DNA of 64,000 nucleotides from Escherichia coli (GTDB lineage Bacteria; Pseudomonadota; Gammaproteobacteria; Enterobacterales; Enterobacteriaceae): NCBI RefSeq assembly GCF_045037415.1, contig NZ_CP173438.1; one strand, 5' to 3'. Shown piece by piece: positions 57,970 to 64,000 of this stretch (position 1 is its first letter; each line of letters starts with the position of its first letter). The notes under the pieces were generated by a model. It saw only the letters and a program-made list of their open reading frames with translations, ran no database searches and was not told where the DNA came from. The position numbers and the translations under genes were made by a program.

Positions 57970-59172
57970 ATGACACAATTCGCTTCTCCTGTTCTGCACT
58001 CGTTGCTGGATACAGATGCTTATAAGTTGCATATGCAGCAAGCCGTGTTTCATCACTATTACGATGTGCATGTCGCGGCGGAGTTTCGTTGCCGAGGTGA
58101 CGATCTGCTGGGTATTTATGCCGATGCTATTCGTGAACAGGTTCAGGCGATGCAGCACCTGCGCCTGCAGGATGATGAATATCAGTGGCTCTCTGCCCTG
58201 CCTTTCTTTAAGGCCGACTATCTTAACTGGCTACGCGAGTTCCGCTTTAACCCGGAACAAGTCACCGTGTCCAACGATAATGGCAAGCTGGATATTCGTT
58301 TAAGCGGCCCGTGGCGTGAAGTCATCCTCTGGGAAGTTCCTTTGCTGGCGGTTATCAGTGAAATGGTACATCGCTATCGCTCACCGCAGGCCGACGTTGC
58401 GCAAGCCCTCGACACGCTGGAAAACAAATTAGTCGACTTCTCGGCATTAACCGCCGGTCTTGATATGTCGCGCTTCCATCTGATGGATTTTGGCACCCGC
58501 CGCCGTTTTTCTCGCGAAGTACAAGAAACCATCGTGAAACGTCTGCAACAGGAATCCTGGTTCGTGGGCACCAGCAACTACGATCTGGCGCGTCGGCTTT
58601 CCCTCACGCCAATGGGAACACAGGCACACGAATGGTTCCAGGCGCATCAGCAAATCAGCCCGGATCTAGCCAACAGCCAGCGAGCTGCACTTGCTGCCTG
58701 GCTGGAAGAGTATCCCGACCAACTTGGCATTGCGTTAACCGACTGCATCACCATGGATGCTTTCCTGCGAGATTTCGGCGTGGAATTTGCCAGTCGTTAC
58801 CAGGGCCTGCGCCATGACTCTGGCGACCCGCTTGAATGGGGTGAAAAAGCCATTGCACATTATGAAAAGCTGGGAATTGATCCACAGAGTAAAACGCTGG
58901 TTTTCTCTGACAATCTGGATTTACGCAAAGCGGTTGAGCTATACCGCCACTTCTCTTCCCGCGTGCAATTAAGTTTTGGTATTGGGACTCGCCTGACCTG
59001 CGATATCCCCCAGGTAAAACCTCTGAATATTGTCATTAAGTTGGTAGAGTGTAACGGTAAACCGGTGGCGAAACTTTCTGACAGCCCTGGCAAAACGATC
59101 TGCCACGATAAAGCGTTTGTTCGGGCGCTGCGCAAAGCGTTCGACCTTCCGCATATTAAAAAAGCCAGTTAA
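57970..59172 (+). CDS. pncB: Nicotinate phosphoribosyltransferase PncB
   Basis: 400 aa from [26 protein letters not shown]. Confidence 0.93.
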   Translation: MTQFASPVLHSLLDTDAYKLHMQQAVFHHYYDVHVAAEFRCRGDDLLGIYADAIREQVQAMQHLRLQDDEYQWLSALPFFKADYLNWLREFRFNPEQVTVSNDNGKLDIRLSGPWREVILWEVPLLAVISEMVHRYRSPQADVAQALDTLENKLVDFSALTAGLDMSRFHLMDFGTRRRFSREVQETIVKRLQQESWFVGTSNYDLARRLSLTPMGTQAHEWFQAHQQISPDLANSQRAALAAWLEEYPDQLGIALTDCITMDAFLRDFGVEFASRYQGLRHDSGDPLEWGEKAIAHYEKLGIDPQSKTLVFSDNLDLRKAVELYRHFSSRVQLSFGIGTRLTCDIPQVKPLNIVIKLVECNGKPVAKLSDSPGKTICHDKAFVRALRKAFDLPHIKKAS

Positions 59173-59180
59173 TATCATCA

Positions 59181-59206
59181 GGGAGCTAATCGGCTCCCTT
59201 TTTTTA
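59181..59206 (+). terminator. pncB rho-independent terminator
   Basis: gggagc-taatcg-gctccc followed by TTTTTTT. Confidence 0.85.
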
Positions 59207-59340
59207 CCTTTAATTCCGAAATCTTTCGCTGCATTTGCGAATTCTGCTTGTCTGATTGCAGATGCCAGGTAACATAGGTATCCCCCCATTTACGGGTGGA
59301 CAAGTGTTTATTTTTTCCGACTATTAACAGAGAGAATATT

Positions 59341-60741
59341 ATGAGCGTTGTGCCTGTAGCCGACGTACTCCAGGGCCGCGTAGCCGTTGACAGCGAAGTC
59401 ACCGTGCGCGGATGGGTACGTACCCGCCGAGATTCAAAAGCTGGCATCTCCTTCCTCGCCGTTTATGACGGTTCCTGCTTTGATCCTGTACAGGCTGTCA
59501 TCAATAATTCTCTGCCCAATTACAATGAAGACGTCCTGCGTCTGACCACCGGCTGCTCGGTCATTGTAACGGGTAAAGTCGTGGCGTCGCCGGGCCAGGG
59601 GCAACAATTTGAAATTCAGGCCAGCAAGGTTGAAGTTGCTGGTTGGGTTGAAGATCCAAACACTTACCCGATGGCGGCAAAACGCCACAGCATTGAGTAT
59701 CTGCGTGAAGTCGCTCACCTGCGTCCGCGCACAAACCTGATTGGTGCCGTCGCGCGCGTTCGCCATACGCTGGCGCAGGCGCTGCATCGCTTCTTTAACG
59801 AGCAGGGATTCTTCTGGGTTTCAACGCCACTGATTACCGCATCTGATACCGAAGGTGCAGGCGAAATGTTCCGTGTTTCTACGCTGGATCTGGAAAACCT
59901 GCCGCGTAACGATCAGGGCAAAGTGGATTTCGACAAAGACTTCTTTGGTAAAGAGTCTTTCCTGACCGTATCTGGCCAGTTGAACGGCGAAACCTACGCT
60001 TGCGCATTGTCCAAAATTTATACCTTCGGCCCGACTTTCCGTGCTGAAAACTCCAACACCAGCCGTCACCTGGCGGAATTCTGGATGCTGGAGCCGGAAG
60101 TGGCGTTTGCTAACCTGAACGATATCGCAGGTCTGGCTGAAGCCATGCTGAAATATGTCTTCAAAGCGGTTCTCGAAGAACGCGCTGACGACATGAAATT
60201 CTTCGCTGAACGCGTAGATAAAGATGCCGTTTCACGTCTGGAACGCTTCATTGAGGCCGATTTCGCGCAGGTGGATTACACCGACGCAGTGACCATTCTC
60301 GAAAACTGCGGCAGGAAGTTTGAAAACCCGGTTTACTGGGGCGTCGATCTCTCTTCTGAGCATGAGCGTTATCTGGCGGAAGAACACTTTAAAGCACCAG
60401 TAGTGGTTAAAAACTATCCGAAAGATATTAAAGCGTTCTATATGCGCCTTAACGAAGACGGTAAAACCGTTGCGGCTATGGACGTTCTGGCTCCGGGCAT
60501 CGGTGAGATCATTGGTGGCTCCCAGCGTGAAGAACGTCTGGACGTGCTGGACGAGCGTATGCTTGAAATGGGCCTGAACAAAGAAGATTACTGGTGGTAT
60601 CGCGATCTGCGTCGCTACGGTACTGTTCCGCATTCAGGTTTCGGTCTTGGTTTTGAACGCCTGATTGCTTACGTAACTGGCGTGCAAAACGTACGTGATG
60701 TTATTCCGTTCCCACGTACTCCGCGTAACGCCAGCTTCTAA
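59341..60741 (+). CDS. asnS: Asparaginyl-tRNA synthetase AsnS
   Basis: 466 aa from [26 protein letters not shown]; class II aaRS motifs. Confidence 0.95.
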   Translation: MSVVPVADVLQGRVAVDSEVTVRGWVRTRRDSKAGISFLAVYDGSCFDPVQAVINNSLPNYNEDVLRLTTGCSVIVTGKVVASPGQGQQFEIQASKVEVAGWVEDPNTYPMAAKRHSIEYLREVAHLRPRTNLIGAVARVRHTLAQALHRFFNEQGFFWVSTPLITASDTEGAGEMFRVSTLDLENLPRNDQGKVDFDKDFFGKESFLTVSGQLNGETYACALSKIYTFGPTFRAENSNTSRHLAEFWMLEPEVAFANLNDIAGLAEAMLKYVFKAVLEERADDMKFFAERVDKDAVSRLERFIEADFAQVDYTDAVTILENCGRKFENPVYWGVDLSSEHERYLAEEHFKAPVVVKNYPKDIKAFYMRLNEDGKTVAAMDVLAPGIGEIIGGSQREERLDVLDERMLEMGLNKEDYWWYRDLRRYGTVPHSGFGLGFERLIAYVTGVQNVRDVIPFPRTPRNASF

Positions 60742-60753
60742 TTTAGTGTCTTC

Positions 60754-60783
60754 AAGAGCCAGCGCCCGCTGGCTCTTTTTTTA
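60754..60783 (+). terminator. asnS rho-independent terminator
   Basis: agagccagcg-cccg-ctggctct followed by TTTTTTT. Confidence 0.85.
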
Positions 60784-61099
60784 TCCTTTCTGTCAAGTTA
60801 TCTGTTTGTTAAGTCAAGCAATCTATTTGCAACCCTGCCATAACGATCATCCTGTTACGGAATATTACACTGCAACATTTACGCACAAAAAATAATCTGC
60901 ATTCTTATTGCGGATTAGTTTTTTCTTAGCTGATAGCACAATTTTTATACGATTTTTTGGCATTCTGGATGTCTGAAAGAAGATTTTGTGCCCGGTCGAT
61001 AAAGTTTCCATCAGAAACAAAATTTCCGTTTAGTTAATTTAAATATAAGGAAATCATATAAATAGATAAAAATTGCTGTAAATATCATCACGCCTCTAT

Positions 61100-61343
61100 G
61101 GAAATATGACGGTGTTCACAAAGTTCCTTAATTTTTACTTTTTGTCACACATTTTTTCTTTTTGAAACCAAATCTTTATCTTTGTAGCACTTTCACGGTA
61201 GCGAAACGTTAGTTTGAATGGAAAGATGCCTGCAGACACATAAAGACACCAAACTCTCATCAATAGTTCCGTAAATTTTTATTGACAGAACTTATTGACG
61301 GCAGTGGCAGGTGTCATAAAAAAAACCATGAGGGTAATAAATA
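61100..61343 (+). promoter_or_regulatory. ompF promoter and 5' leader, including OmpR-binding region F1-F3
   Basis: AT-rich sequence ...ttactttttgtcacacattttttctttttgaaaccaaatctttatctttgtagcactttcacgg... matches the recalled ompF OmpR site region and leader; boundaries approximate. Confidence 0.55.
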
Positions 61344-62432
61344 ATGATGAAGCGCAATATTCTGGCAGTGATCGTCCCTGCTCTGTTAGTAGCAGGTACT
61401 GCAAACGCTGCAGAAATCTATAACAAAGATGGCAACAAAGTAGATCTGTACGGTAAAGCTGTCGGTCTGCATTATTTCTCCAAGGGTAACGGTGAAGACA
61501 GTTACGGTGGCAATGGCGACATGACCTATGCCCGTCTTGGTTTTAAAGGGGAAACTCAAATCAATTCCGATCTGACCGGTTATGGTCAGTGGGAATATAA
61601 CTTCCAGGGTAACAACTCTGAAGGCGCTGACGCTCAAACTGGTAACAAAACGCGTCTGGCATTCGCGGGTCTTAAATACGCTGACGTTGGTTCTTTCGAT
61701 TACGGCCGTAACTACGGTGTGGTTTATGATGCACTGGGTTACACCGATATGCTGCCAGAATTTGGTGGTGATACTGCATACAGCGATGACTTCTTCGTTG
61801 GTCGTGTTGGCGGCGTTGCTACCTATCGTAACTCCAACTTCTTTGGTCTGGTTGATGGTCTGAACTTTGCTGTTCAGTACCTGGGTAAAAACGAGCGTGA
61901 CACTGCACGCCGCTCTAACGGCGACGGTGTTGGCGGTTCTATCAGCTACGAATACGAAGGCTTTGGTATCGTTGGTGCTTATGGTGCCGCTGACCGTACC
62001 AACCTGCAGGAAGAGTCTCCCCTTGGCAAAGGCAAAAAAGCTGAACAGTGGGCTACTGGTCTGAAGTATGACGCGAACAACATCTACCTGGCAGCGAACT
62101 ACGGTGAAACCCGTAACGCTACGCCGCTCACTAACAAATTTACAAACACCAGCGGCTTCGCCAACAAAACGCAAGACGTTCTGTTAGTTGCGCAATACCA
62201 GTTCGATTTCGGTCTGCGTCCGTCCATCGCTTACACTAAATCTAAAGCGAAAGACGTAGACGGTATCGGTGATGTTGATCTGGTGAACTACTTTGAAGTG
62301 GGCGCAACCTACTACTTCAACAAAAACATGTCCACCTATGTTGACTACATCATCAACCAGATCGATTCTGACAACAAGTTGGGCGTAGGTTCCGACGATA
62401 CCGTTGCTGTGGGTATCGTTTACCAGTTCTAA
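61344..62432 (+). CDS. ompF: Outer-membrane porin OmpF (non-K-12 allele)
   Basis: 362-aa [41 protein letters not shown]... ending ...VGIVYQF. Confidence 0.95.
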   Translation: MMKRNILAVIVPALLVAGTANAAEIYNKDGNKVDLYGKAVGLHYFSKGNGEDSYGGNGDMTYARLGFKGETQINSDLTGYGQWEYNFQGNNSEGADAQTGNKTRLAFAGLKYADVGSFDYGRNYGVVYDALGYTDMLPEFGGDTAYSDDFFVGRVGGVATYRNSNFFGLVDGLNFAVQYLGKNERDTARRSNGDGVGGSISYEYEGFGIVGAYGAADRTNLQEESPLGKGKKAEQWATGLKYDANNIYLAANYGETRNATPLTNKFTNTSGFANKTQDVLLVAQYQFDFGLRPSIAYTKSKAKDVDGIGDVDLVNYFEVGATYYFNKNMSTYVDYIINQIDSDNKLGVGSDDTVAVGIVYQF

Positions 62433-62456
62433 TAGCACACCTCTTTGTTAAATGCC

Positions 62457-62488
62457 GAAAAAACAGGACTTTGGTCCTGTTTTTTTTA
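62457..62488 (+). terminator. ompF rho-independent terminator
   Basis: aaaaaacaggac-tttg-gtcctgtttttttt. Confidence 0.9.
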
Positions 62489-62616
62489 TGCCTTCCAGAG
62501 CAATCTCACGTCTTGCAAAAACAGCCTGCGTTTTCATCAGTAATAGTTGGAATTTTGTAAATCTCCCGTTACCCTGATAGCGGACTTCCCTTCTGTAACC
62601 ATAATGGAACCTCGTC

Positions 62617-63807
62617 ATGTTTGAGAACATTACCGCCGCTCCTGCCGACCCGATTCTGGGCCTGGCCGATCTGTTTCGTGCCGATGAACGTCCCGGCAAA
62701 ATTAACCTCGGGATTGGTGTCTATAAAGATGAGACGGGTAAAACCCCGGTACTGACCAGCGTGAAAAAGGCTGAACAGTATCTGCTCGAAAATGAAACCA
62801 CCAAAAATTACCTCGGCATTGACGGCATCCCTGAATTTGGTCGCTGCACTCAGGAACTGCTGTTTGGTAAAGGTAGCGCCCTGATCAATGACAAACGTGC
62901 TCGCACGGCACAGACTCCGGGTGGCACTGGCGCACTACGCGTGGCTGCCGATTTCCTGGCAAAAAATACCAGCGTTAAGCGTGTGTGGGTGAGCAACCCA
63001 AGCTGGCCGAACCATAAGAGCGTCTTTAACTCTGCAGGTCTGGAAGTTCGTGAATACGCTTATTATGATGCGGAAAATCACACTCTTGACTTCGATGCAC
63101 TGATTAACAGCCTGAACGAAGCCCAGGCTGGCGACGTAGTGCTGTTCCATGGCTGCTGCCATAACCCAACCGGCATCGACCCTACGCTGGAACAATGGCA
63201 GACACTGGCACAACTCTCCGTTGAGAAAGGCTGGTTACCGCTGTTTGACTTCGCTTACCAGGGTTTTGCTCGGGGTCTGGAAGAAGATGCTGAAGGACTG
63301 CGCGCTTTCGCGGCTCTGCATAAGGAGCTGATTGTTGCCAGTTCCTACTCTAAAAACTTTGGCCTGTACAACGAGCGTGTTGGCGCTTGTACTCTGGTTG
63401 CTGCTGACAGTGAAACTGTTGAACGTGCATTCAGCCAAATGAAAGCGGCGATTCGTGCTAACTACTCTAACCCACCAGCACACGGCGCTTCTGTTGTTGC
63501 CACCATCCTGAGCAACGATGCGTTACGTGCGATTTGGGAACAAGAACTGACTGATATGCGCCAGCGTATTCAGCGTATGCGTCAGTTGTTCGTCAATACG
63601 CTGCAGGAAAAAGGCGCAAATCGCGACTTCAGCTTTATCATCAAACAGAACGGCATGTTCTCCTTCAGTGGCCTGACAAAAGAACAAGTGCTGCGTCTGC
63701 GCGAAGAGTTTGGCGTATATGCTGTTGCTTCTGGTCGCGTAAACGTGGCCGGGATGACACCAGATAACATGGCACCGCTGTGCGAAGCGATTGTGGCAGT
63801 GCTGTAA
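62617..63807 (+). CDS. aspC: Aspartate aminotransferase AspC
   Basis: 396-aa [42 protein letters not shown]...; PLP-lysine motif SYSKNFGLY. Confidence 0.95.
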   Translation: MFENITAAPADPILGLADLFRADERPGKINLGIGVYKDETGKTPVLTSVKKAEQYLLENETTKNYLGIDGIPEFGRCTQELLFGKGSALINDKRARTAQTPGGTGALRVAADFLAKNTSVKRVWVSNPSWPNHKSVFNSAGLEVREYAYYDAENHTLDFDALINSLNEAQAGDVVLFHGCCHNPTGIDPTLEQWQTLAQLSVEKGWLPLFDFAYQGFARGLEEDAEGLRAFAALHKELIVASSYSKNFGLYNERVGACTLVAADSETVERAFSQMKAAIRANYSNPPAHGASVVATILSNDALRAIWEQELTDMRQRIQRMRQLFVNTLQEKGANRDFSFIIKQNGMFSFSGLTKEQVLRLREEFGVYAVASGRVNVAGMTPDNMAPLCEAIVAVL

Positions 63808-63821
63808 GCGTTAAAACCGAT

Positions 63822-63848
63822 GAAGCCCGCTTGAAAGCGGGCTTTTTT
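63822..63848. terminator. Bidirectional terminator between aspC and ycbL
   Basis: gaagcccgc-ttgaaa-gcgggcttc hairpin followed by TTTTTAT. Confidence 0.85.
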
Positions 63849-63856
63849 ATGCGCCT

Positions 63857-64000
63857 TTACCAGACAGGCATTTCGTCTTGCAAGAAGGGATTATGCAGGC
63901 GCTCATAACCGAGAGTGGATAATGGTCCGTGACCCGGAATAAATGTCACGTCATCCCCCAGTGGCAGCAATTTATCTTTGATTGAAGAAATCAGTTGATT
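63857..64000 (-). CDS. ycbL: Metallo-beta-lactamase-fold hydrolase YcbL, C-terminal 47 codons (partial, runs off window end)
   Basis: Reverse-strand translation ...[47 protein letters not shown] ; position convergent with aspC as in E. coli. Confidence 0.7.
   Translation of the reverse strand, partial: NQLISSIKDKLLPLGDDVTFIPGHGPLSTLGYERLHNPFLQDEMPVW

Overview
This window is a conserved Escherichia coli chromosomal core segment running from agp/cbpA through the tor, app, hya, sulA-ompA, fabA, pqi, ssu and pepN loci to ompF-aspC-ycbL, in reverse orientation relative to K-12 MG1655 numbering. I call 64 CDS (two partial at the window edges), one tRNA (serT), REP/BIME repeats, several intrinsic terminators and a few well-known operator sites. 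Gene calls rest on the supplied ORF track plus my recall of E. coli protein sequences and gene order; no database search was possible. I see no mobile element, CRISPR array, prophage or obviously novel gene system. The most notable observations are three places where genes present in K-12 are missing (yccE; etk-etp-gfcEDCBA plus IS1; elfADCG-ycbUVF) and non-K-12 alleles of OmpA, OmpF and AppA, which together indicate a non-K-12 lineage. Start codons were adjusted from the ORF track where a known N-terminus was recognised.
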